Made by a program: the position numbers and the translations under genes. A stretch of DNA of 64,000 bases from Basidiobolus meristosporus CBS 931.73 (taxonomy: Eukaryota > Fungi > Basidiobolomycota): NCBI GenBank assembly GCA_002104905.1, contig MCFE01000213.1, positions 62,001-126,000 on the forward strand. The letters run 5' to 3'. The notes beneath the pieces are model-generated. The model was not told where the DNA came from, searched no databases, and was given only the letters and a program-made list of their open reading frames with translations. This document shows, piece after piece, positions 9,488-22,137 of the stretch. How positions within the stretch are numbered: the first letter of the stretch is position 1; the number at the start of each line of letters is the position of its first letter.

Positions 9488-12400
9488 AAATCCAGATCCC
9501 TGACTCTGGTCCTGTCCCAGCCCTAGCTCTGATTGATTCCGGTGCTTCATCCTGTTTCATTGACCAAGCCTTTGTCCAGAAGCACTCTATTCCTGTTACC
9601 TTGAAATCCTGTCCAGTCCAAGTAGAAGTTATTGATGGAAGATCACTCTCCTCTGGTGCCGTTACCCATGAAACATGCTTACTCCAGCTGTCCAGTACTG
9701 CCCACCAAGAAAGAATTGCCTTCAACATCATCAACTCACCACACTATCCTATTGTGCTTGGAAGCTCATGGTTGAGCTACCACAATCCGAGTATTGATTG
9801 GAAATCCAAGATCCCGTCATTCACCAGATCCCACCAAGTCAACTCCATGAAATCTCCAGACCCTGATAACCGTGAAAAGACGGTTGCCAACAGTTCAACA
9901 GCCCAAGATACCTTGCCAGCTGAAGGAGCCCCCTCAGCAACTATACCAGCCAAGTACCAAGAGTTTGCCCATGTCTTTGACAAGAAGAAAGCAGAACTCC
10001 TCCCTGACCATTGGCCTTATGACTGCCCTATTGACCTTGAAGATGGAAAAGTCCCTCCATTTGGCCCAATATATAACCTCTCCCAGCCGGAGTTGAAAGA
10101 ACTCCATGGTTATATTGAAGAAAACCTCCAGAAGGGTTTTATTCAGCACTCCAAATCACCTGCTGGAGCCCCAATCCTCTTTGTCAAGAAGAAGGATGGC
10201 ACCCTCAGAATGTGTGTGGACTACCGTGCTTTGAATAAGATCACAGTCAAGAACCGCTACCCCCTGCCCCTGATCAACACACTGTTGGATCAGCTATCTG
10301 CTGCCCAAGTCTTCACCAAGATAGACTTGAGAGGAGCTTACAATCTTGTCAGAATCAAGCCTGGTGATGAATGGAAAACTGCCTTTTGCACAAGATATGG
10401 TCACTTTGAGTACAAAGTAATGCCATTTGGCCTAACCAATGCCCCTGCTGTGTTTCAACACCTCATGAATGATATATTCCGTGAATACCTTGACCAGTTT
10501 GTGGTAATCTACCTTGATGATATTCTCATATACTCCAAGAGCCAAGATGAACATGATGAACATGTCAAGAAAGTATTGAGAAAACTAGACTCTGCCGGTC
10601 TCTATGCCAAGTTAGAGAAGTGTGAATTTGACCAGAGAGAAGTGGAATTCCTTGGTTATCTCATCAGCCCTGAGGGAACAAGAATGGACCCAAAGAAAGT
10701 TGACTCAGTCCAATCCTGGAAAACTCCAAGCTCAGTCAAGGAAGTACAATCCTTCCTGGGATTTGCCAACTTCTATCGCAGGTTCATAGCCAACTACTCC
10801 AAGATAGTCACCCCTCTGACAAAGCTTACCCAGAAGAACACACCTTTTGCCTGGAATGAGGAGCAATCCAGCTCATTCAACCAACTCAAGAAATCTTTCC
10901 TGAAGGCCCCCCTGCTTGCCCACCCTGACCTTGAGAAGCAATTCATAGTGGAGACTGATGCTTCGGATTTTGCCCTTGGTGCCATACTCTCCCAGTATGA
11001 TGAGGACAATGTGTTGCACCCCATTGCATTCTACTCTCGGAAGTTTTCCCCTGCAGAGATCAACTATGATATCTATGATAAGGAGTTGCTTGCCATCATT
11101 GTAGCCTTTGAGCAATGGAGACACTACCTGGACGGTGCAAAACACAAAATCAAAGTCTTCTGTGACCATAAGAACCTTGAGTACTTTGCAACTTCCAAAG
11201 TACTAAACCGGAGACAAGCCAGATGGTCACTCTTCCTGTCCAGCTTTGACTTTACTATCACCTATAGACCTGGTGCAAAGCAAGGAAAGCCTGATGCCCT
11301 GTCCAGAAAAAAGGAATATGCCCTGGAAGAGGGAGATGATGCCTGTCGGCAAATGGAACACCCATTGCTGAGCAAGAAACATTTTGAGATTCTTGCCACC
11401 CAGTCCTCAAGTCTTGTCATCCCTTCATTCCTAGTAAGGATATCAGAATCCCAAGCCTCTGATATGACTTCCAGCACCATCAAGAAATATCTGGAATCCC
11501 CAGTTGGGCCCCCTCCCAAGTTCCCAAACATCCAGAACCTGCATTTGGTAAACAACCTCATCTACCACAAGCAGCAGCTTTATGTCCCAGACCTTGCCAC
11601 CCAGCTAGACATCATTAAGTCTCGGCATGATTCAATGGCTGCAGGCCACTTTGGTACTGCCAAAACCTTGAATGCTATCAAAAGAGATTTCTGGTGGCCT
11701 AGAATGATAACTCTTATCAAAGAGTACATTCTGACTTGTGATATTTGCAACCGTGCAAAACCAGCCAGACACCAGCCCTATGGACTTCTTCAACCCCTGC
11801 CTATCCCAGAACACCAATGGAGATCTATATCTATGGACTTCATTACTGACCTCCCTGAGTCATGTGGCTTCAATGCTATACTTGTAGTGGCTGACCGGCT
11901 GACCAAGATGGCTCACTTTATCCCTTGCTGTAAGAACACTGATGCAAAAGAAACTGCTGCTTTAGTCCTGAAGAATATTTTCCGCCTTCATGGTATCCCC
12001 AGTGATATTGTGTCAGATAGAGGCCCACAGTTTGTGTCCAAGTTTTGGAAACACTTCATGCAATACCTTGGTGTTCAAGTCAAGCTCTCTACTGCCTTCC
12101 ATCCACAGTCTGATGGCCAGACTGAAAGAATCAACCAGATTCTAGAGCAATACCTCCGGTGCTATATCAATTATCAGCAAGACAATTGGGTTGATCTACT
12201 CCCCATTGCTGAGTTTGCCTACAACAACTCAAGCCATAGTGCAACCGGTTTTACACCATTCTATGCAAACTATGGATTCCACCCTCAGTTTGATATCCAG
12301 ATTCCAACAAACCCAATGAGCCCACATGCAGCTGAACATGCCCAAGCAATCCAGGACATCCAGAACACCCTCAAGGAAGAGCTATCCTTAGCTCAGGAAA

Positions 12401-12915
12401 GCTACAAGAAATTTGCCAATCTAAAACGGCATCCCAGCCCTGATCTTAATGAAGGAGATTCTGTATGGTTGCTCAGAAGAAACATCAGCACCAACCGCCC
12501 TTGTGACAAGTTGGATTTCAAGAAACTTGGTCCCTTCAAGATCAAGAAGAAGCTTAGCCCTATAGTATATCAGCTACAGTTACCAGCAAGTATGAAAATC
12601 CATGATACTTTCCATGTGTCCCTCCTGGAGCCGTATTGTAGGAACACATTGCCAAACCGGCAAGAAGCAAAGCCCCAAGCTATCCAGATTGACCAACATC
12701 AAGAATTTGAAGTTAAACAGATTCTAGACTCCAAGTATATCCGGTCAAAGCTGTACTACTTAGTAGACTGGATTGGTTATGGCCCAAGTGACCAAACATG
12801 GGAACCAGCTACACATCTCACTAATTGTCAAGAACTAGTTACCCAGTTCCACCAACAATATCCTGCAAAACCTGCCCCAAAGGGAAACAGAGCTCCGCCT
12901 GGAAGAGGAGAATAG
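9367..12915 (+). CDS. pol: Chromovirus Pol (protease, RT, RNase H, integrase, chromodomain), expressed by -1 frameshift
   Basis: Motifs: ALIDSGAS (PR), YLDDILIYS (RT), [16 protein letters not shown] (RH), H-H-C-C and DFITDLP...DRGPQF...E (INT), [15 protein letters not shown]...[17 protein letters not shown] (chromodomain). The frame is -1 to gag and open from the slippery site. Confidence 0.95.
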   Translation, partial: GKLQCPVALTGLQLDPPMKIQHIQESSFATKSIQSLRMPVKIQIPDSGPVPALALIDSGASSCFIDQAFVQKHSIPVTLKSCPVQVEVIDGRSLSSGAVTHETCLLQLSSTAHQERIAFNIINSPHYPIVLGSSWLSYHNPSIDWKSKIPSFTRSHQVNSMKSPDPDNREKTVANSSTAQDTLPAEGAPSATIPAKYQEFAHVFDKKKAELLPDHWPYDCPIDLEDGKVPPFGPIYNLSQPELKELHGYIEENLQKGFIQHSKSPAGAPILFVKKKDGTLRMCVDYRALNKITVKNRYPLPLINTLLDQLSAAQVFTKIDLRGAYNLVRIKPGDEWKTAFCTRYGHFEYKVMPFGLTNAPAVFQHLMNDIFREYLDQFVVIYLDDILIYSKSQDEHDEHVKKVLRKLDSAGLYAKLEKCEFDQREVEFLGYLISPEGTRMDPKKVDSVQSWKTPSSVKEVQSFLGFANFYRRFIANYSKIVTPLTKLTQKNTPFAWNEEQSSSFNQLKKSFLKAPLLAHPDLEKQFIVETDASDFALGAILSQYDEDNVLHPIAFYSRKFSPAEINYDIYDKELLAIIVAFEQWRHYLDGAKHKIKVFCDHKNLEYFATSKVLNRRQARWSLFLSSFDFTITYRPGAKQGKPDALSRKKEYALEEGDDACRQMEHPLLSKKHFEILATQSSSLVIPSFLVRISESQASDMTSSTIKKYLESPVGPPPKFPNIQNLHLVNNLIYHKQQLYVPDLATQLDIIKSRHDSMAAGHFGTAKTLNAIKRDFWWPRMITLIKEYILTCDICNRAKPARHQPYGLLQPLPIPEHQWRSISMDFITDLPESCGFNAILVVADRLTKMAHFIPCCKNTDAKETAALVLKNIFRLHGIPSDIVSDRGPQFVSKFWKHFMQYLGVQVKLSTAFHPQSDGQTERINQILEQYLRCYINYQQDNWVDLLPIAEFAYNNSSHSATGFTPFYANYGFHPQFDIQIPTNPMSPHAAEHAQAIQDIQNTLKEELSLAQESYKKFANLKRHPSPDLNEGDSVWLLRRNISTNRPCDKLDFKKLGPFKIKKKLSPIVYQLQLPASMKIHDTFHVSLLEPYCRNTLPNRQEAKPQAIQIDQHQEFEVKQILDSKYIRSKLYYLVDWIGYGPSDQTWEPATHLTNCQELVTQFHQQYPAKPAPKGNRAPPGRGE

Positions 12916-13444
12916 TGTCATGATCACATGACAACCATGAACACCCATGCCAAGTTTCAGCTTCCCAGCTCAATTTCTAAGAGATTCCTTCCGGAACCTT
13001 CTACCACCTTCCAGAAAGTTCCTGACCATTCCAAACCATTGTTACACAATGGAACATTCCATGGAAGCTTTCCATTGTATTTTTTATAGTCCAGTACCAT
13101 ATATGGAAATACCAGGTCACATGACTTAGTCACATGATCAGGTGACCCAATCCATTTCCCCATCCTGTCTCAGTACCGTGTCATCTATGTCATTATCCCC
13201 AGCACCATTGCTGTGTCTCACCCCACAACCCCATTAGTATTAGCTAACATCTCTCGGCATCAATATAGCCAAAAAGTATATATAGTCCTATCCCCCCTTA
13301 AGTATTCCTCAGTCTGATAAACACAGGTCTTGAATAAACAGCCTTGCCTTGGAAATCTGTCTTGCCTTGTTGATCCACACCTAAGTCCTTTCCTTGTCCT
13401 GCCTTGCCTTGCTCTACTCTCCTGCCTTGTGTCTATTCATAACA
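12916..13444 (+). repeat. Chromovirus 3' LTR
   Basis: 528/529 identical to 7527-8055. Confidence 0.95.
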
Positions 13445-13692
13445 CCAAGTTCCTTGTTGGGATTTACTTAGAATATTTACCCAGAACATGAAAATCAGAT
13501 ACCCTGTCCAAACAGCCCCAAACTTTGCACACATGTTCTTGGGATCTCCCTTAACCAATTCTATGTGTTTGTTGTGCCATGACCATGTAGAAGTATAATT
13601 GCTACTTTTACATTCAATAAATCATTAAGTGAAAACCACACAGTCTACTTGTCCTCCCAAGCACTTCCAATATCTCCAAGACTCTTACAACA

Positions 13693-16608
13693 CATTATGA
13701 GCCCCAAGCTGTCACTCTCTGCAATATCTACTAATGCTATTACTGGAATTTGCCCCTCAGCTGAAAAATTGGATGGATCTAACTACCAAGTGTGGAAGGT
13801 GAAGATGAATATACTGCTACAAGAAAGAGGCCTTTGGGATATTGTTATGGGAGAAGAATGCCCTCCTCAAAATGTGAGAGAGGAAGCCTTAAAGTACCAG
13901 AAGAAAGAACATAGTGCCTTTAATTGCATTTGCCTTAATGTTGAAGACAAATTGCTAATTCAATGCTTAAGAGCAAAACAGCAATGAATGCCTGGAAGAC
14001 ATTAGAAGAAATCTACCAGTCATGTTCAGCTGCTAAGAAAATGTATCTTTGACAAAAATTCTTTCCTACAAAGATGCTGTCAGGAGAAGAAATGAAAAAT
14101 TCAATTAGCAGAATACCCTGCTGGCTGATGAGATGGATTCCATGGGTGTACCAACTACTGATCAGGATGTGATAGCAACCATCCTGAATAGCCTGACAGA
14201 CTGGCTTCAGGGCCTTGTATCAGTCCTGGAGTCCAGAACTGAAGACTTGACCATAAACTATGTATATGGAAGGCACCAGGATGTGTCCCAAAAAGAGAGA
14301 TAACCAGCAAAAGAGGCCTGAATATGGAAATGCTGCAACAACTGAAGATAGGCTATTCATATCTGCACTAAATAGGACCACAAACAAGGATTCTCAGATG
14401 CTTTATACTGACTCTGGAGCATCTCAACACTTTACACACCAAAAAGAACTTTGTACCCAATATCAAGAAATTCCAATTATGAAGGTTTCCATGGGTGACA
14501 ACAGAACACTTGATGCAGTGGGAGAAGGAACTATCCAAGTAAACCTTAGAAGCAGTGAAGGAAGCCATACACTGACCTATAAAGAAGTACTCTATGTACC
14601 AGAAATAGCCAAGAACCTACTATCTGTAAGCATGGTTACAGCAGAAGGACTCAGTTTCAGCTTTGACAATTCTGGATGCAGGATCACTGATCAAAATGGT
14701 GCTCATATGGCTTTGAGTATCAGAGATCAGAATCTGTATAAGTTAGCTTATATTCTATTATATCTGGAAGCCAATATAAGTAACTTTAATGAAGAAACAC
14801 CATTTCTTTGGCACAGGAGATTTGGACATATCAATTTTGATTATTTGCGCAAAATGATCAAAGATCAGCTAATTTCCAGAGTAAAAACTGATCCCCCAGC
14901 TAATTTGGTCCACTGCAAAGCCTGCATATATGGGAAACAAGCCAGACAACCAATAGAAAGCTCTTGGTTAATCATAATTAAGAAAAACTTGATCTAATTC
15001 ACTCAGATCTGTGTGGACCTATGCAAAATTTATCCTCAGGTAGGATGAAATATTTAATCACTTTTGTTGATGATTATACAAGTTACAGGTAGGTCTACTT
15101 CATGGAGAGAAAGGAAGAAGCTCTGTCTAAGTTCAGGGAGTTTAAAACCATGGTGGAGAGAGAAACTGGTGAAAAAATCAAGAAAATATGCTCTGAGAAT
15201 AGTGGAGAACATACCTCAAGACTCTTCATCCACTTCTGCAAAGTTCATGGGATAAAACAAGAGTCTACTGTACCATACTCCCCACAGCAAAATGGAGTAG
15301 CAGAATGTGCAAACAGATCAATAACTTATATGGCAAGATCTATGATCCAGGATGTAAAATTTTCCTGTGACTTTTGGGTGGAATTAGTAGCCACAGCTGT
15401 ATACCTTAAGAATAGGAGTTATAACAGAATACTTTGTGATTCTGCTCCATTTGAAGCATGGTATGAATACAGACTAAGAGCGGAACATTTAAGAATACCA
15501 GGGTGTACAGCATATGCCAAGACACTGCCTGGAAATCAGTCAAAAATTGAGCCAAAAAATATAAAATGCATATTTTTGGTCTACTGTAATGAGAGTTAAG
15601 CATACAGACTCTACAATACCAAAGCAAAGAAGCTGATCAAGTCCAGGGATGTGTTGTTTAATGAAAACTCAAAATTTTCACAAAATAGGATATGAGATGA
15701 TGACCAATATTTGATCTCAAGTCCACTAATAGTCAGCATTGAATCAGAGCAAAACAATGAAAGCTTTTCACTCCAGAGGACTCTACAACCATGGTTCAGC
15801 TTGAATCAGTGGCCAGAAATATCTCAGGAGTGATCATTCCAGTACCAAATGCGCAGAGATCCAACTGAACAAGAAATAGCCCAAATTACTATATCAAGAA
15901 GGGTACAAACTTAGCACCTATTCAGTCCATATTGGTGAGCCCCAGACTGTAAGAGAGGCCCTAAATAGCTCTCAGACAAAGTTTTGGAGATCTGCAATGA
16001 CTGAGGAATATCAGGTCCTAATGGAAAATCAAACTTGGGACTTGGTCAAATTACCAATCAACCAAAAATCAATTGGATGCAGATGGGTCTTCAAGACAAA
16101 ATACAAGGCTGATGGTGCAATTGAAAGATTCAAAGCAAGACTTGTGGCCAAAGGATACTCTCAAACAAAAGGACTTGACTGTACTGAGACCTTTGCACCA
16201 GCAGCCAAGTTTAACTCCGTCAGATTGATATTGGCTATTGCAGCCAAATATAGATTTTATACATCAAATGGATGTAAAAGCTGCATTTTTGAATAGAGAT
16301 CATGATGGGGACATGTATATGGACCAGCCTGATGGGTTTACTGACCAATATAACCCCCATTTGGTCTGCAAGCTCAAAAAATCTCTATTTGGCCTCAAAC
16401 AATCACCAAGAGCCTGGATTGCAAGATAGAATCTTATTTGGAATCTTTGAGTTTCATAAGAGGTAATGCTGACTATAGTTTATACTATAAGCCCAATAGA
16501 GCAAATCCAGTTCTACTAGCTCTATATGTGGATAATCTTATTATAGCTGCCAAGAACCTAGCAATATTGGAAGAGACTAAATCCAGCCTATCTAAGGAGT
16601 TCAAGATG
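13693..16608 (+). pseudogene. Copia-A gag-pol pseudogene, part 1 (gag, PR, INT, RT start)
   Basis: Fragments [72 protein letters not shown], with many stops and frameshifts. Confidence 0.9.
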
Positions 16609-16625
16609 TGTGGTAGTGGAAAGTA

Positions 16626-19600
16626 TGTTGTAATTATTAAGTTGTCACCAAAATATTCATGCTAAATTAATCACATAGATCTTATTCTTTGATTAGCATT
16701 CTGTCCTGACCAAATTTCTTGTTGGGATTTACTTAGAATATCTTCACCAAATTGTCAGGTACCCAGATTATTATTTTTCTCAAAGTTTTCCAAAAGACCC
16801 CAAACTTTGCACACATATTCTTGGGACCTTCCTTAGCAAACTCTACACATTTGTTTGCTCTACTTTATCAAAAGTATAAATACCATACTTTTGATCAATA
16901 AATCTACAAGTGAATAACATGTAATTCCTCTAGTCCTCCACATCACTTCCAGTACTCCTCAGAATATTGCAACAGGTTATGAGCCCCAAGCTTGCTGTCC
17001 TCTTGGTGTCTACTTTGCCTTGGATCCTTTTCTGCTAGTCTGGAGAAAGACTTTCCGCACTATTGCCCTGCCAAAGTTAAAGATGACTACCGCTGCTACA
17101 AGGACTATGTTCATGAGGATATTGCTGTGGAGAAGAAGGCCATGCCTTCAAAAGACTCATTCAGTTACTACTCAAGCTGGTTATGAAGGAGAGCCTATCA
17201 AGTTGACATGTAAATATGTCAAGAAATATAGTATGTTGGTGCTCTACCACTACTGAAGAAAATTGCATAATTCCAGCAATTGAGGGTCCAGACCTATAAT
17301 GAAGTATATTGCTATATGTATTTATATGACCTCAATTGACTGTTAGACAAGCTTTTGGATAGGATATTATCCTGAATTGCAAAAAAAAATAGATCATCAT
17401 TGAATGATTGCCGGAGGAAGATTTTACCAAATCTGTTGCCACTCAAGATAAGGCTGCAAATACAAATACTGGAGCTGTTAACCACCATTCTGGATTACCT
17501 ATTAATGGAACAAGATCTCAGAAACAAGCTCCCTAAATTGTAAGGATCCCAATGATATATAATACCTATATATCCCCCTGGAGTATGGATATGTACTACA
17601 CAATCCATTGGAAGAATGCTATATTTGTATTAAGTGTATTGATACTGCAACTAATGTATCAGGAGCCTAATATGGAGCTGTTAGTCATGCTATCACTCTG
17701 TTTTAGTCTCAATACAGTGTTTTATCAAGTGTTTTGATACTGAAACCAGTGCACCAGGAGCTAAAAATGGAGCTGTTAGACATGCTATCACTCTGGTTAA
17801 GTCTCAAAACTGGGAGAAAGTATTATACAAATTTAGCAAAATCAACTCAATATGATTCTACCACCAGCCAAAAAGAGTGAAGCATATAATTGCAAGCCTG
17901 ATTGGAGTATTCAACCAAGCAACAGTTGGTCAGTACACAGCTAAGAGCCACTCAGAAGATAACATAGTACTTTATACTTGTTATATATATATCACTTATT
18001 ACAGTGGGAGAAAACACTTGGTGATATTTAACTTCTCTGGATCAGATCAGAAGAATTTTGATTGATCAAATCACCGCCAAGCTCCGCAACTCAAGATATT
18101 GATATATTGGAGTCTGATACCAAAGTATTGATGAAGCTAGCTATCAAATGCAGTTTATTTGATCAAATTTGGTCAACTCTATCAAAAGTTATGACTGATC
18201 TAAGTGGATGCCGATTTTGATTATTTCACTCTCAAATAGTCAGATATTCTGGAACAATGATGTCATGGAGACTCTTGTGCTCAACAACACCATGGTACCA
18301 CCTGCAAGGAAGTCCAGAACCACCCCACAAAAGGAATTATCCCTGGGTCATCAGAAGAAAAAAGAAAAGAAGAAAAAATGGAAAATACTACTACCGCAAA
18401 CTAGGGTACTTCCCAAATGGAGCCAAAACTTATGTAGGCCACATTTGGACTGTCTGGCAATGCAGATATGCTCTATGGAGCCTCTTGTACAAAGCTCTCA
18501 AGCCAGAATCCCCAGAAGCGCCCTGAAACTTCAACAGGATCTGTCAGATATTGTAGTATATATTGGAACAGATTATTTAATGCAGAAGTCTTGATGTCTA
18601 CTGTCTATGGAGCTGAAAGAAAGAGGTGCAAGGATCAACCAAGATGGTTTTATGGATTCTGCAGACACTGAGAAGATCAGTTAGCCTTTCAAACCAAGCT
18701 CAAGGTTGAAAACAACTATCAGGAAAATAAGGTTGATCAAAGCCCTTGTTAAGGAGAATCTCACTTCTTAAAAGCGCCAATCTCAATTCTACAAGTATAT
18801 CCTGATAAGACAAAAGCAGCTGTATCAATCCAAATCAGTAGAAGCACTCTAAGAATAGCCACCAAACACCTATGGTGTTGTCCAGCACCAAACTGGGTAA
18901 ATCAAGAAGCAAATGGACTTTGAATCTACCGCATATGAAGTAATCAGTCCAAAGAAAGTTATTGCCACTTAAAGAAGACAAAGATGACCATTCTAGATCA
19001 TTTTTTGTGGATCCAAATCACTAAACAGACGTGGTTCAAGTGGGAGCAGGCCATCCCAGCTCAGAGTTGAGCAAAAACTTTTTTTTTGGCCATGTTTGTA
19101 TGTGCTGCTTGCCAGGAAATGAGGATTATCCGGATCAGGTGTAAATGACAAAACCTTAACTTGGCCCAATATAGGTCATTTCTTTTACCTCATATAGAGT
19201 CTATATGATGGAAGTAACTGTTCCCAAGCCAAATATGGACATACAGCAAAGTTGTCTAAGTGAATTAGACTTTTGGCTGGAAATAAGGAAACTCCAGATC
19301 TGCCGTAAATGACAAAACCTTAACTTGACCAAAAGTGGGTCAATTTTGCTCAAATAAGAAGCATTGGATAGCCCAGAGGCTATATACCATTATTCTGATC
19401 TGTCAATTAGACTCAGCTTATTATTCAAGCCTGTACAACTGATCAAAGTTGATGATCAGTATTATGATCAGATCATGCAGATTTTTTTTAGGCATACTAC
19501 CAAGTAGATATGCACATTAAGTTTCAAGTTACTTGTTCAATTAAGATGAACCCAAATGCACACACTTTTGGGTAATATATTAGTCCAGTATGCAACACAG

Positions 19601-20027
19601 TTAAAATCTTATATGCTATTACAAATTGCACACTCTCAATATGTATTTATTACTCATGAATATTTTGTTGAGTGGGAGTGTTGTAATTATTAAGTTGTCA
19701 CCAAAATATTCATGCTAAATTAGTCACATAGATCTTATTCTTTGATTAGCATTCTGTCCTGACCAAACTTCTTGTTGGGATTTACTTGGAATATTTTCAC
19801 CAAGTTGTCAGGTACCCAGATTATTATTTTTCTCAAAGTTGTCCAAAAGACCCCAAACTTTGCACACATACTCTTGGGACCTTCCTTAACAGACTCTACA
19901 CATTTGTTTACTCTACTTTATCAAAAGTATAAATACCATACTTTTGATCAATAAATCTACAAGTGAATAACAAGTAAATCCTCCAGTTCTCCACATCACT
20001 TCCAATACTCCTCAGAGTATTGCAACA
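16626..20027 (+). mobile_element. Non-autonomous Copia-LTR element (LARD-1) with 2.7-kb non-gag/pol interior
   Basis: 349-bp LTRs at 16626-16974 and 19679-20027 (~16 differences by eye); TSD AAGTA at 16621-16625 and 20028-20032; PBS GGTTATGAGCCC at 16975-16986; PPT GAGTGGGAG; no retroelement motifs inside. Confidence 0.9.
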
Positions 20028-20692
20028 AAGTATTCCATTACTAAAATATCTCTAAACCAATATTGCAATCATTTCTATATTTTGGTTTTTGCCATTGTAA
20101 CACACAAGTGAAGGCTCAAGAATTTCCAACTTTGAAGGACAAATGCTCTAGACCCTGACAAGCAATCCACCTAAGAATATTATGTCATACAGAACACGTA
20201 GTAGCCAACACATCTTTCAAGTTACAGCTCATTTGAAGCCGTACTTAAGGAATTATGACCAAAAGAGTCCAATTATTATGTATACCATGCCTTATTGCTA
20301 GGATTACTATGGTGACTTTGCTCATGTGTAGCTTTCATACCAGCCAATCAAATCACATGAAATTTTCACAGGTGCTGTGCCTATGTCCAATCTGCACCAC
20401 TGCAAAATTTTAGCTTTGTATCATGTGTATTGCTTGCGCAATTGCCCAAAAACTTTGATCCTTCAGAATTTCATATATATGACTTTCCCAGCTGTAAAAA
20501 TAAAGAGAGAGCCACTCTTTCCAGAATCTCCACACAACAATTAGAAGTTTAAAGGTTATAAGACCTCCCTGCATCACTTGCACTGTTGAGTATTCTGACT
20601 TTGATTGGTACTACATCAGTAAAGAGACTGCAAAGCTCACAAGAATGCAATCCAAGTTCTACAAGAAACTACCACTTTTCTGTTAGAAAAGT

Positions 20693-20913
20693 CCCCTTAA
20701 GAAACCCCTTGACTCTAAAGACACCCCTTTTGAAACCCCTTTAGTTCAAAGACCCTCTCAGAGATCCCTTTAAGAAAAACCTTTACTCTAAAGAAGCCCC
20801 TTTAGGCACCCCTTTAGTGTAAAGTCCACTTTAGAGACCACTACAAGAAGCCCCTTTACTTTAAGGACACCACTTTAGAGACTTCTACAACACACCCCTT
20901 TAGGTTAAAGGGG
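20693..20913. repeat. Degenerate CCCCTTTA-based minisatellite inside solo LTR D
   Basis: About 15 imperfect CCCCTTTA(G/A/C) units of 12-19 nt, with a higher-order [..AGAGA][..AAGAA][..ACTCTAAAGA] pattern. Confidence 0.75.
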
Positions 20914-21230
20914 AGTTCAGAGTTTCCATATTTGGAAATAATTTCTCAGAAAAGAAAGTGACTTCCAAATAAGGAAAAGCTACTATAAAAGTAAATAAGC
21001 CCATTAGTTGACAGAAGGTCAGAACACTGCTGTAGAAGTGATAAACACTGCCTATAGTATATTTTGAGCCTAAGATTGAGGAAATTAGTGAAAGTTATTT
21101 CTTCTATTGGTATATCAAACTCCCAATAAACTATTTCAGTATTAGCATACTGAAGGTTGTTGTATATTGTTGATTAGCCTCTACATTGTAGAACAAGCCC
21201 CAAACTAATCATACTACAACACAACAGATG

Positions 21231-22137
21231 TCCAATCTAGGAGAACTCAGTTACTACTTAAGGACAAAGTGCTCCATAGACAGTAGTACCCAGACTTTCA
21301 TCCTAAGCCAATCTAAGTATATTCAAAATATACTAAAATAGTACCAAATGGAAGATGGTAAACCAGTAGCTACCTTAATGGAGACAAACATCAACTTGGT
21401 CAAAACTCTACCAAATCCAGAGAGCTTGGTGCCATCTAAAAGCCCTGACTTTCCTTATCAAACTATGGTTAGCAGTCTGATATATATCATGCTTGGAACA
21501 TGCTCCAATATCTCATATTCAGTGGGAGCTGTCAGCCAGCATAATCAGAACTCTGGATCTGATCATATTACAGCAGTTAAGCAGATTTTTAGATACCTAA
21601 AAGGCACTGATGATATCTGCTTAAAATACACTTATAAGAGCTTATAACAGGATCTTGTAGAATACTCTGATGCTGAATGTGAACAAAATTTGGAAGACAG
21701 AAGATCTACTACAGGATACACCTTTCTTTACTGTAAAGAAGCAATTTCATGGAATTCAAGAGAGCAACCATCCATTGCAGTTTCCACAACAGAGGCAGAG
21801 TATATGGTAGCCAGTGAAGCTGCAAAAGAACCAATATGGCTAAGAAAGCTTTTTACAGATTTAGGTGTATGTAAAAAACGTATGCTACTCTATTTCAAGA
21901 TAATCAAGGATGTATACAAATAGGTAGAAGTCCAGCTTTTCATGTTAGAGCTAAGCACAGAGATATTAGACATCATTTCATACATGAAGCTATAGAGGAT
22001 AACTTAGTTAGCTTAGCTTACTGTCCTTCAGATGAAATGATTGCAGACATATTTACCAAATCATTAGCTAGAGTCAAGTATGAATATCTTAGGTCAAAAT
22101 TAGGACTAGTCAGTATGAGCATATAGCTGAGTGCAAA
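21231..22137 (+). pseudogene. Copia-A gag-pol pseudogene, part 2 (RT end, RNase H)
   Basis: PYQTMVSSLIY, AVKQIFRYLKGT, DRRSTTGY, STTEAEYMVA, KHxDIRHHF, EMIADIFTKSL fragments. Confidence 0.88.

Larger units (their letters stand above)
7527..13444 (+). mobile_element. Full-length Ty3/Gypsy chromovirus (Tf1/sushi type), very recent insertion
   Basis: 529-bp LTRs at 7527-8055 and 12916-13444 differ at one base (C7827/T13216). TSD CCAAG at 7522-7526 and 13445-13449. Uninterrupted gag and pol with PR-RT-RH-INT-chromodomain order. Polypurine tract GGAAGAGGAGAATAG at 12901-12915 overlaps the pol stop. Confidence 0.97.
16609..21226 (+). mobile_element. Solo LTR (family D, ~1.2 kb net) inserted in Copia-A RT, itself interrupted by LARD-1
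   Basis: TGTGGTAG...CACAACA ends; 4-bp TSD GATG at 16605-16608 and 21227-21230; Copia RT reading resumes exactly after it; TATAAAA near 20985 and AATAAA near 21125. Confidence 0.75.

Noticed and set aside
9263-11817. Several minus-strand ORFs inside the chromovirus
   Set aside because: Antisense shadows of gag/pol with no motifs.
20693-20913. CRISPR-like appearance of the repeat array
   Set aside because: Units are degenerate, have no unique spacers and lie in a eukaryotic LTR.
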